64,000 nucleotides of DNA from Minisyncoccota bacterium (GTDB lineage: Bacteria > Patescibacteriota > Microgenomatia > UBA1400 > UBA12028), in contig JACRHV010000004.1 in the NCBI GenBank assembly GCA_016211945.1, forward strand, positions 263,472 through 327,471, given 5' to 3'. The translations under genes and the position numbers were made by a program. A model generated the notes under the pieces. The model was not told where the DNA came from, did no database searches, and worked only from the letters and a program-made list of their open reading frames with translations. This document shows, piece by piece, positions 17,702 to 26,417 of this stretch. Within the stretch, counting starts at the first letter, position 1. Each line of letters opens with the position of its first letter.

Positions 17702-18616
17702 CTATACCTTCATTTTTGCCGAATACACCAAGAAATCTTCTCCTCCTAAGTCGTATTTATACCGCTCATTCCCTTGTAAAAAGTTATACTCGCGAAATTC
17801 ATGTTCTATTGCATATTTAATACCTGAAGCCTTTGTGTAAAATCCCACATTTGGATATTTTGCAACATTAACTCCGGAATTGTAGAGGAGAACCGCATCG
17901 CCCACCTCAAAAGATAATGTTGCCGACACATGTTTTCCATCAATCACACAGAATAATAGTTGAACTTCTTTTGAAAAAACGTGTGCGAGTTTGGTAAAAA
18001 ACTTTCGCATGTCTTCGGTGAGAAACATGCGCTTCTTCTCATCCCCTTGCATGAGATGTAAAAACTCTGCTATATCATGCTCCGGCTTCTCGCTTCTTTC
18101 CAGATGGATTCCTGGATATTTTTCTTCGATATTACGCATCTTTCTTCGCAACTCGTGTCTTTTGTGTTTGTCCAGCGATTCGACGTATGCATCCCAACTT
18201 GTTGGTAATTGTACGATTGGTGTCGTGTCCTCTCGAACCATATCCTTCTGAAAAAAGTGGAAGGTTGGGGATGATGCTGGAACATTTCTTAACTCGATCC
18301 TATACCCATGCTGTGAACAAAACGTAAGAATTTCTTCCCACGCCTCATGCTTTTTTGCTGGATCGCCAATGATATCCATATAATCCGAAATCTCAACTCC
18401 GCCGGAAAACATCACGCTGTAACCTTTTTTCACAAATGGGGCAATAATGTTGCCATCAATATTCAAATACAACGGCTCATACTCTGCACCAAAGACCTCA
18501 AACCACGTGGTGTGCCAAACATGTGTACTGAACGGGGACCATAGATCATTTTTTGCAGAACACACCTCCCAAATTTCTTTTGTTTTTGTATCAGAGAGCG
18601 AACAGACAGAAATCAT
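17702..18616 (-). CDS. GNAT-family acetyltransferase (CelD/BcsL-like)
   Basis: SDYMD, LPTSWDAY, RHELRRK, YNSG, FLQGNERYKYDLG. Confidence 0.85.
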   Translation of the reverse strand: MISVCSLSDTKTKEIWEVCSAKNDLWSPFSTHVWHTTWFEVFGAEYEPLYLNIDGNIIAPFVKKGYSVMFSGGVEISDYMDIIGDPAKKHEAWEEILTFCSQHGYRIELRNVPASSPTFHFFQKDMVREDTTPIVQLPTSWDAYVESLDKHKRHELRRKMRNIEEKYPGIHLERSEKPEHDIAEFLHLMQGDEKKRMFLTEDMRKFFTKLAHVFSKEVQLLFCVIDGKHVSATLSFEVGDAVLLYNSGVNVAKYPNVGFYTKASGIKYAIEHEFREYNFLQGNERYKYDLGGEDFLVYSAKMKV

Positions 18617-18632
18617 GGTATAAGTATACTCG

Positions 18633-18971
18633 ATGACACCGCACAAAATTCACGTGTTATTTGTCTGTTCCAAAAATCAATGGAGAAGTCCAACGGCTGA
18701 ACGTATTTTTTCTCACCATCCAAAGCTACTCGTACGATCGGCCGGAACGCGTGCTTCTGCGAAGCACCAAGTTTCGCTCAAAGATATTGAGTGGGCAGAC
18801 ATTATTTTTTGTATGGAGAATACGCAGAAAGATATGATCAAACAACGCTTTTCAAACATAAAACTCTCACCCCTGCATGTTCTCGATATCGAGGACCATT
18901 ACCATTTTATGGATCCGGAACTTGTCCATCTTCTCCAAATTTCCCTAGAAAAATTTCTTCCTTCTTTATAG
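18633..18971 (+). CDS. Low-molecular-weight protein-tyrosine-phosphatase-like protein
   Basis: LFVCSKNQWRSPTAE (CX5R), SAGT, WADIIFCME, LDIED. Confidence 0.88.
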   Translation: MTPHKIHVLFVCSKNQWRSPTAERIFSHHPKLLVRSAGTRASAKHQVSLKDIEWADIIFCMENTQKDMIKQRFSNIKLSPLHVLDIEDHYHFMDPELVHLLQISLEKFLPSL

Positions 18972-19038
18972 CTCCTTGCTATTTTCAAGAGATTCATATA
19001 TATCTATGATAGATATTTGTCTATTGTAGGTAGTTTTT

Positions 19039-19722
19039 ATGATCGTCATACGAAAATTACTTGAGTTTTTTGCCACACTTCTCATACTGTGTTGCAGATT
19101 TGTCGGTTACGTATACACACAGGGGTGGTCATTTTTCCACGTGTCTTGGTACGATCATCGGTTTGATTTTTTGAGAGGACCGAGTAATTGGTACTGGACA
19201 GAACGGGGTGTGCTTGGAAATTATCATATCCCTTTTGATGGCGAGGTTCTCGATCTTTGTTGTGGTGATGGAACATTTTCTGGGTTGTTCTACAGTACAC
19301 GGGCAAAGCATGTTGATGCTCTCGACATTGATCCCGAGGCAATACAGACCGCAAAGTCCGTGTATGCAAAACCAAACGTTTCATACCAAGTTCAAGATGT
19401 TTTGCGCGGATCGTACCCCAAGAAATTCTACGACACCATTCTCCTCTTTGTTGCAATTGAACACTTCTCTGTTGAGCATGGGAGAGACTTGCTGAAAAAG
19501 ATAGGGGCTCATTTGCAAAATGATCAAAGCACATTTATTGGTTCAACTGTTCTTTTTGAAAAAAGAGGCGGACATAATTTTGAACACGACAACGAGTTTT
19601 TGTCTGAGAAACAAGTGAAAGATTTTCTTACACCATACTTCAAAGAAGTGAGGTTGTGGATTTCTTCATGGCCAAAAGGAAGACAGGAATGTTATTTTGT
19701 GTGTAGGGGAGCGAAAAAATAG
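19039..19722 (+). CDS. Class I SAM-dependent methyltransferase
   Basis: VLDLCCGDG, ALDID, FVAIEH. Confidence 0.85.
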   Translation: MIVIRKLLEFFATLLILCCRFVGYVYTQGWSFFHVSWYDHRFDFLRGPSNWYWTERGVLGNYHIPFDGEVLDLCCGDGTFSGLFYSTRAKHVDALDIDPEAIQTAKSVYAKPNVSYQVQDVLRGSYPKKFYDTILLFVAIEHFSVEHGRDLLKKIGAHLQNDQSTFIGSTVLFEKRGGHNFEHDNEFLSEKQVKDFLTPYFKEVRLWISSWPKGRQECYFVCRGAKK

Positions 19723-19772
19723 TATCTTGGATCCAACTGATATGGATCTAAAAACCCGAGTATACTTTCCTT

Positions 19773-20798
19773 ATGGATAAAAATGAGATCGACAAAATGA
19801 ATCCTGGCGCTCCAGGAATACAAAAACTTCTGGCAATACTAAACAAAGAAATAGCGCTACCAAAGGGTAGAATTCTTACATTCCATGCAGGTGAAAATAT
19901 GGACGATCTTTCTGTTTACAATCCATCCCCCATTGAGGTTGATGGAGAAACATTTCTATTGGCTCGTGTCGAAAAGAAAAGCTCTGAAAATGGATCCATC
20001 GTTTTGCTTTTTGCGAAAAATGAATACGATGAGTGGTACGTTGTTGAAGATGTACCGGCTCTACATAACATACAAGATCCCTTTTACTGCGGAGTCATTG
20101 ATGGCCTTCATGTTATTGGTTGGGTACAAACACACGAAGAGGTTGGATTCTCTCATTTAGCCTACAGAACTGTTTTTTACCGATTCGAAAATTCTATTTC
20201 TGAACTCAATGATGAGGCTTCTCATTCAATACCTCCTTTTGTAGTCGGTCCGGAGAATATGAAAGGTATTAGGCTCATTCAAAGAGCAAATGGTCGAATT
20301 GGAGTATTCACTAGACCCCAAGGAACATTTGGTGGACGAGGAAAAGTTGGTTATTTTGAGATTGAGAATCTTGACCAATTAGAAAAAAGTCTCGTAGAGT
20401 ATGTCAAGATTGCAGATCCTCATACCCTCATCGCTAATCTATTTATGGAGCGGCCTAAAGGCGAAGATGAGTGGGGTGGCGTCAACGAACTACGAAATAG
20501 GCCTGATGGGAGAATTAATGTTTTGGGACATATCGCCGATTTTGAACCTTATGGTATTAAAAAAAGCTACTATCCCATCACATTTATTTTTGATCCGGAA
20601 ACTGGATCGATATGTGATTTAAAAATAATTACCACCGCAGGACAGTTTCCTCTGGTTGAAACAAAAAAACCTGACTTGGGAGAAGTTTTATATAGCGGTG
20701 GGTTGGTATATTTGGGTAATGGTAAGGTTCGCCTCTATGTAGGAATTGGAGACATAGAAACAGGTTCTATAGACATAGAAGATCCCTTTTTGAAATAA
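19773..20798 (+). CDS. DUF1861-family (GH130/GT108-like beta-propeller) protein
   Basis: VYNPS, ARVE, QDPF, GPENMKGIRL, GVFTRPQG, EWGGVNE, LGHIA, LYVGIGD. Confidence 0.8.
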   Translation: MDKNEIDKMNPGAPGIQKLLAILNKEIALPKGRILTFHAGENMDDLSVYNPSPIEVDGETFLLARVEKKSSENGSIVLLFAKNEYDEWYVVEDVPALHNIQDPFYCGVIDGLHVIGWVQTHEEVGFSHLAYRTVFYRFENSISELNDEASHSIPPFVVGPENMKGIRLIQRANGRIGVFTRPQGTFGGRGKVGYFEIENLDQLEKSLVEYVKIADPHTLIANLFMERPKGEDEWGGVNELRNRPDGRINVLGHIADFEPYGIKKSYYPITFIFDPETGSICDLKIITTAGQFPLVETKKPDLGEVLYSGGLVYLGNGKVRLYVGIGDIETGSIDIEDPFLK

Positions 20799-20824
20799 AG
20801 AGAAACATCTTCTTCTGTAGCGGA

Positions 20825-20853
20825 TTGCATCAATCGTCTCATAATGAGATAAT
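20825..20853 (+). promoter_or_regulatory. Putative glmS promoter
   Basis: TTGCAT-N17-GATAAT. Confidence 0.5.
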
Positions 20854-20903
20854 TGAACATATAAATGAGATGAAAGGAGGCCTTCCAAAGGTTGTAGATA
20901 TTT

Positions 20904-21077
20904 GAGCGTGTGGCCCAACATCTGTTGGGATACGAGGAATGGGTCTTTTACTCTGTAAAAGAAATCGGGCTTTTCTTTAATGAAAAGTATCTGCGGACAC
21001 CCATCGGTTGCTACAGTCGTAAGTTTTGTTTTAAATCTTTTCCGTAAGGAAAAGGACAGAGAACAGAAACACGTAGC
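20904..21077 (+). ncRNA. glmS ribozyme-riboswitch (variant)
   Basis: A^GCG cleavage site 20905/20906, P1 CCCAACA/UGUUGGG, ACGAGG, P2 AUGGGU/ACCCAU, AUCG, AUCUGCGG, P3 CGGUU/AGUCG, P3.1 GCUAC/GUAGC, P4 with GUAA tetraloop; upstream of glmS. Confidence 0.88.
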
Positions 21078-21143
21078 CAAACCTTTATTCTTCATTTTTT
21101 TTCTTTTCTTTAACAGTGTTGAGCATTTTCACAAGGAGGTACT

Positions 21144-22910
21144 ATGTGTGGAGTTTTTGGATACATTGGTCATCGATCTAACGCAGCGTTATTGGTGTTT
21201 GAAGGATTAAAACGGTTGGAGTATCGCGGATATGATAGCTGGGGAGTTGTGGTTGTTGGTCGTGGAAAAATTTACGTGAAAAAGAAAACGGGGAAAATAG
21301 GTGGGGCAACAGTTGATGAGCTTCCACCTGGATCATTGGCAATCGGGCACACTCGATGGGCGACGCACGGCGGTGTGACGGAAAAAAACGCGCACCCACA
21401 CCTTGACTGTACACACACCATCGCAGTGATTCATAACGGCATTGTGGAAAATTACGAAAGCATACAAGCAGAATTGGTACACGCCGGACATCGTTTTGTG
21501 TCAGAAACTGATACCGAAATTATTGCTCATTTGTTGGAGTTTTATGCGCATAACATGTCATTTATTGAAGCGTTTGTGAAAACATTTCAGCGATTGGAGG
21601 GGCTCAATGCTATTGTAGCGATACATCATAAAGAAAGAGTTCTCGTCGCTGCAAAAAAGGGTTCTCCTCTTGTCATTGGTTTTGGAAAAAAAGAAAACTT
21701 TATTGCAAGTGATCCTTCCGCGCTTTTACCACATACAAAGGAAGTGTACTTTCTTGAGGATGGGCAGATGGCAGTTCTCCGTGATGCATCTGTTTCAGTG
21801 ATGGAGAGTGCGTCACAAAAGGTTGTGAAGTTTTCTACGCAAATTTTGGACTGGGATGTTTCTCAAACTCATAAAGGTGAGTTCCACCATTTCATGCTGA
21901 AAGAAATATATGAACAACCTCAAGTTGTTTTGGGTATTGCAGGAAGTGGAGGTGAGGAGGTTAAAAGGATTGTATCTTTGATACGGAAAACAAAAGATCT
22001 GTATTTTGTTGGATGCGGCTCAGCGTCTTACGCATGTTTAGCCGGAGCGTATCTTTTTTCAAAAATTGCTCAGAGGCGGGCGCATGCGATTGCTGGGAGT
22101 GAGTTTTTGTATCACCTGGATTTTATCAATACAAAAAGTGTTGTGGTGGCTTTATCCCAATCTGGAGAAACCATTGACACCTTAGAGTCTGTGTCTTATG
22201 CAAAAAGAAAGGGCGCGAAGATTGTGGCTTTGGTTAATGTCCTCGGATCCTCTCTGTATCGAGTAGCAGACGCGAAGATTTTGATAGGCGCTGGACCAGA
22301 AAAAGCGGTTGCATCAACAAAAGCTTTTATTGGCAAAATCGCGCATCTTATTTTGTTGGCGTACGCATTGGATAAACGAGTGAAGGAGGGGCAGGAATTG
22401 TTGCGTAAGTCCGCGGAGGTTATACGAGAGGTGTTGGCGGAAAAAAACAGCGATCGAATAAAGAAATTGGCGCATCGTATTTGCGGAGTGAACCACATTT
22501 TTATTCTTGGCAGAGGTCTTTCATATTCTGCAAGTTTAGAGTGTGCGATGAAGATCAAGGAAATCAGTTATATTCATGCCGAGGGTTTGGCGGCTGGAGA
22601 GCTGAAGCACGGCACCCTCGCCTTGGTTGAAAAGGGGACTCCGTGTATTGTCCTTCTCCCCAACGATGAGACGTATGCCGCAACATTGGCGGGAGCTATG
22701 GAGATCAAAGCGCGAGGCGGATATATCATTGGAATTTCACCAAAAAAAGAAGGTGTTTTTGATGAGTATTTGCCTATTGCCGATGTTGGAGATGCCAGCA
22801 TGATCCCCATGGTTGTTACCGGTCAACTCCTCGCATATTATTTGGCACTGGAACGAGGTCTTGACCCGGATATGCCGAGGAATTTGGCAAAGAGTGTGAC
22901 GGTGAGGTAG
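21144..22910 (+). CDS. glmS: Glutamine--fructose-6-phosphate aminotransferase
   Basis: MCG N-terminus, LEYRGYDS, GHTRWATHG, SQSGET, STKAF, ELKHG, PRNLAKSVTV. Confidence 0.97.
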   Translation: MCGVFGYIGHRSNAALLVFEGLKRLEYRGYDSWGVVVVGRGKIYVKKKTGKIGGATVDELPPGSLAIGHTRWATHGGVTEKNAHPHLDCTHTIAVIHNGIVENYESIQAELVHAGHRFVSETDTEIIAHLLEFYAHNMSFIEAFVKTFQRLEGLNAIVAIHHKERVLVAAKKGSPLVIGFGKKENFIASDPSALLPHTKEVYFLEDGQMAVLRDASVSVMESASQKVVKFSTQILDWDVSQTHKGEFHHFMLKEIYEQPQVVLGIAGSGGEEVKRIVSLIRKTKDLYFVGCGSASYACLAGAYLFSKIAQRRAHAIAGSEFLYHLDFINTKSVVVALSQSGETIDTLESVSYAKRKGAKIVALVNVLGSSLYRVADAKILIGAGPEKAVASTKAFIGKIAHLILLAYALDKRVKEGQELLRKSAEVIREVLAEKNSDRIKKLAHRICGVNHIFILGRGLSYSASLECAMKIKEISYIHAEGLAAGELKHGTLALVEKGTPCIVLLPNDETYAATLAGAMEIKARGGYIIGISPKKEGVFDEYLPIADVGDASMIPMVVTGQLLAYYLALERGLDPDMPRNLAKSVTVR

Positions 22911-22925
22911 AAAGAGTTAAAAATT

Positions 22926-23243
22926 TTAACCAATTATAATCATCTTTTCATCAACTGCTTTGTCCAATACATCTCGACCGAATTTTCGGGCAATGAGCAT
23001 TGCATCCCCAGTGAGTACTCTATTTGCTTGGGGGCTTTTTATAACAACACCTTGTTTTGCCTGTTCAAACGCCTCCGAAAAAAGCCTCCAACGATCATTA
23101 AAATTTTCCTTATTGATGGGTAGCACTGGCTCAATTACTCGAGTATCTATTGAATGTCTTATTCTAAGAGTTCCATTTCCAACTTGACCTAGCCCGACTC
23201 CATCAAGTTCGTGGCGTGTACCATCTGCTTCATTAGTTGACAT
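22926..23243 (-). CDS. Hypothetical protein downstream of tRNA-Glu
   Basis: AAGGAG SD before ATG 23243. Confidence 0.6.
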   Translation of the reverse strand: MSTNEADGTRHELDGVGLGQVGNGTLRIRHSIDTRVIEPVLPINKENFNDRWRLFSEAFEQAKQGVVIKSPQANRVLTGDAMLIARKFGRDVLDKAVDEKMIIIG

Positions 23244-23320
23244 AGTAAACTCCTTACTTTTTTTAGATGAAGACATTGTATCACCTAAGTGGAATTAAGT
23301 GTGATAAAAAGCGCTTTTTG

Positions 23321-23394
23321 TGACCCCATCCGGATTTGAACCGGAGATCTTCAGGATGAGAACCTGACGTCCTAGGCCGCTAGACGATGGGGCC
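23321..23394 (-). tRNA. tRNA-Glu (CTC), CCA not encoded
   Basis: Acceptor GGCCCCA/TGGGGTC, anticodon arm TCAGG-TT CTC AT-CCTGA, T-loop TTCAAAT. Confidence 0.95.
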
Positions 23395-23472
23395 AATACC
23401 AAACTTCTCTGGAATTATACACGAAATCTAGTTACTTTCCATCGCTCCACATCAGGAAAATCGCAGTTTGTT

Positions 23473-23508
23473 TTTTGTAAGCTAATTGTAAGATTCGGCT
23501 GATACAGT
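23473..23508 (+). promoter_or_regulatory. Direct-repeat operator TTGTAAG-N4-TTGTAAG plus extended -10 (copy 1)
   Basis: 25-mer identical to 56165-56189; TGA-TACAGT 10 nt after the second repeat. Confidence 0.7.
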
Positions 23509-23514
23509 GCTTCT

Positions 23515-24594
23515 ATGAAACTCCTCATTCTTCTTGTATTCTTTTTTGTTTTTCCATCCATAACGCACGCATACTTCACAACATTCGAAACACTACTCAA
23601 CAATACGGTCTCTGTTCTCGACTGGATCCCGCCACAAACATTTCTCTACATTCAATCTCCCACAAACGAACAAAAACACATTGAGGAGCTCATCATAAAC
23701 AACACATTTGATGCTGATCTCACTGGCTGGGAAACGAGTGGACATATTTTTATTCCGGAAAAGGGAGTTGTCCAGCTTGGATCAAAAGATGACACAACCG
23801 AAGGTGTACACACTTTACGTCAAACGATTCCATCTACAGCACAAGCACTCACGTTTTCATATCGCATAGGAACGCAGGAAACACTTGAGGGATTTGATGA
23901 TCCTGCATTTGTTGTAACACTAAACACTACACCAGTGTTTTCTGCATCATGGAAAGATGCATCTGAGAACTGGAGAACCGCCTCTATTAATCTTTCAGAA
24001 TTTTCTGATCCTATACTAATACTCCAATTTTCTGTTCAAAATACCGGAGATGCGCTTAACCCCACTTGGGTTCAACTAAAAAATATCACCACAAACATTG
24101 GACTCGTCAATACGACACAAAAACTTTCTTTTTCAACTTCTGATGCGCATCCAACACAGACCTATACACAAGAATCGTCAGACGCACTTCCACAACTTTA
24201 CCGCAATCCCTTTTCGTTCACACAAACTTTAGAGAAAAATATGCTGCATTTTTGGAGCATTGATCAAGAAAATAATAATGAAATACCACAAGAAAAATCC
24301 ATTTTCTTCAATCAGACCCCACCTCCTCCTTTCACCATCCTCTCTCTTGATCACCAACCGCACGATGAATATGTTTTCACAATAGCAAATGAACAAGGCA
24401 GACCAGGGAATCAAACCGCGTACACACTTCACCTGCCAAATCAAAACATTCATCCGTTTGCCCTGGATTATCCCGACGATCACACCGAGCGATTATTCTT
24501 TCGCTTCCCTCCAAATCACATCCCCACCCAAGCCTCACTTGAATACCGTGATTCATTTGGGAACACAGCACAAAAGGAAAACATTCTCTTATGA
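23515..24594 (+). CDS. Secreted protein with SipW-type (TasA/CalY-like) signal peptide
   Basis: Hydrophobic leader then THAYFTT..NNTV; beta-rich body (NNTFDADLTGW). Confidence 0.65.
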   Translation: MKLLILLVFFFVFPSITHAYFTTFETLLNNTVSVLDWIPPQTFLYIQSPTNEQKHIEELIINNTFDADLTGWETSGHIFIPEKGVVQLGSKDDTTEGVHTLRQTIPSTAQALTFSYRIGTQETLEGFDDPAFVVTLNTTPVFSASWKDASENWRTASINLSEFSDPILILQFSVQNTGDALNPTWVQLKNITTNIGLVNTTQKLSFSTSDAHPTQTYTQESSDALPQLYRNPFSFTQTLEKNMLHFWSIDQENNNEIPQEKSIFFNQTPPPPFTILSLDHQPHDEYVFTIANEQGRPGNQTAYTLHLPNQNIHPFALDYPDDHTERLFFRFPPNHIPTQASLEYRDSFGNTAQKENILL

Positions 24595-25241
24595 ATGAAA
24601 ACTCATCCCAAACCATCCGACTTAAACACGGTGAAACAAAAGATGTCGCGATTCGCATACATAACACTTTTCAACGAAAAGCAAACGCCGCGGTAGAACT
24701 CGTTTCATACAAAGAATCAACACCTTTTTTATCAAAAAATATTACAATTTCTATTCGCCAGTCGCCGGAATCAGAAGCTCTTATATATGGGCCTGCAACA
24801 TTCGCTGAGTTTGCAAGTCAGGGATATACAGTGTTGGAAACATTGGAACCAGGAGAAATTCGGCAATACATTCTACAAACTTCTCTTAACGCAAACACTC
24901 CAAACACTTTTCAAGATCATTCGCTCACTTACGACTTCCGTTTGGGGACAGAGGAACTTTTACCACCACCATCTCCAACATCTCAAATCGCATTTATTTC
25001 TCCTCCATTTTCATCTCCCATACTTTCGGCAACGGCAAAAATAATACGCCAATCTCCTTCTCCCTCACCAAATCCTGCTTTTTCCCTTCAGGTCCTCGGC
25101 GCCACATCACAATCTACAAGTCTCCGAGCGTCTCCTTATCAAAAACCGTCGTCGTTCCTTTTTATTTTCATTCTTTTTGTTGCTTCGCTTCTTTTCCTTC
25201 TCGTTCTGCGTGACTATGTCCGTCACCGTAAACAGCCGTGA
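24591..25241 (+). CDS. TasA-like domain, Pro/Ser linker, C-terminal TM anchor
   Basis: LEPGE..NTFQDHSLTYDF, PSPSP linker, QVLGA, TM plus basic tail. Confidence 0.55.
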   Translation: MNENSSQTIRLKHGETKDVAIRIHNTFQRKANAAVELVSYKESTPFLSKNITISIRQSPESEALIYGPATFAEFASQGYTVLETLEPGEIRQYILQTSLNANTPNTFQDHSLTYDFRLGTEELLPPPSPTSQIAFISPPFSSPILSATAKIIRQSPSPSPNPAFSLQVLGATSQSTSLRASPYQKPSSFLFIFILFVASLLFLLVLRDYVRHRKQP

Positions 25242-25293
25242 TACGCTACAGTAAACCACTTGAGAATCTTTTTGGATCCGCTATCATGAATAC

Positions 25294-26145
25294 ATGATCT
25301 CTGTGCTTGCCCATCTTTTCACACCACAGCACTCCAATCATCAGCGACCCCGAATTCTTCATCCGGAGGGATTTGTCGTTCTCATCGCCATTGCACTCAG
25401 TGCGCAAGTTTTTATTACCAGACTCGTTCCAGTTACTCCTTTTGAAAAAATATTAGGATATTCATCAAGCATTACTGCTTCACAAGTCCTCGAAGAAACA
25501 AACAATAAACGAAAAAACGAAGGACTTCCACCTCTCACATTGAATGAGAAACTCTCAAACGCTGCAGTGGCAAAAGCAACGTACATGTTTGACCACCAAT
25601 ATTGGTCGCACACAGCACCGGATGGCACAACGCCATGGAACTTCATTCAAAAATCTGGGTATTTATACAATATCGCCGGTGAAAATCTTGCACGAGATTT
25701 CGGAGACACTACAAGCATGATTTCAGCATGGATGAACTCTCCAACGCACAGAGCAAACATTCTTCAAAAAAAATACAGTGATATCGGCATCGCCGTTCTT
25801 GACGGAAAACTCCAAGGAATAGAGACAACACTCGTTGTTCAAATGTTTGGCTCACCATCCATCGTTCAAGCAAAAACGAGTGATGAGGGGGCAACACACA
25901 CATTCAGCAATGCGTCTGTTCTCGCGGACGTGAGTACATCACTTCCTATGTATTCCCCGCATGATTTAACACGGGCAGTATCGTTCGCCATCGTTCTGCT
26001 CCTCGTGTACATTCTTGCGTATGATATGGTTGTTGCGCGTCGAAAAAATGTAGTTCGTGTTGTTGGAAAAAACCTCGCACATATTCTTCTTTTTAGCGTG
26101 ATCTTCGGCATTCTTCTCATATCACAGGGGGGGTCGTTGTTATGA
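25294..26145 (+). CDS. CAP/SCP-domain membrane protein
   Basis: TNNKR, YWSH, AGENLA, WMNSPTHRANIL, DIGIAV, VVQMFG. Confidence 0.9.
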   Translation: MISVLAHLFTPQHSNHQRPRILHPEGFVVLIAIALSAQVFITRLVPVTPFEKILGYSSSITASQVLEETNNKRKNEGLPPLTLNEKLSNAAVAKATYMFDHQYWSHTAPDGTTPWNFIQKSGYLYNIAGENLARDFGDTTSMISAWMNSPTHRANILQKKYSDIGIAVLDGKLQGIETTLVVQMFGSPSIVQAKTSDEGATHTFSNASVLADVSTSLPMYSPHDLTRAVSFAIVLLLVYILAYDMVVARRKNVVRVVGKNLAHILLFSVIFGILLISQGGSLL

Positions 26146-26402
26146 TCCGTGAGTTCACAAAACATCCTGGAGATTATATTGCCCTATTGTCCGTCTTAGG
26201 TGGATTTGTTTTTGCATACTTTTGGTTAGAGCAAAGTCTCGTGATAAAACAAGGTTTATTTGCGGGATTGGGGTGCGCGTACTTTGCGTGGGGCCTGATG
26301 CATCACAAGCTTCATCACACACTCACGGCTCGTGTTGTGTTAGAATATTTTTTCGTCAGTCTGCTCGCAACAACACTCGTTATGCTTGTTACTGTGCGGT
26401 AG
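26142..26402 (+). CDS. Small membrane protein (3 TM)
   Basis: YFAWGLMHH..VVLEY; ATGA overlap with upstream gene. Confidence 0.75.
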   Translation: MIREFTKHPGDYIALLSVLGGFVFAYFWLEQSLVIKQGLFAGLGCAYFAWGLMHHKLHHTLTARVVLEYFFVSLLATTLVMLVTVR

Positions 26403-26417
26403 CACAAAGGGAGTTTT

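Noticed and set aside
20688-21210. ORF-track entries over the glmS leader
   Set aside because: The region is explained by the glmS ribozyme; the translations lack protein-like features.
22926-23394. Possible tRNA-integrated islands at tRNA-Glu, -Cys and -Pro
   Set aside because: No integrase and no duplicated tRNA 3' end (att site) found; only single genes lie adjacent.
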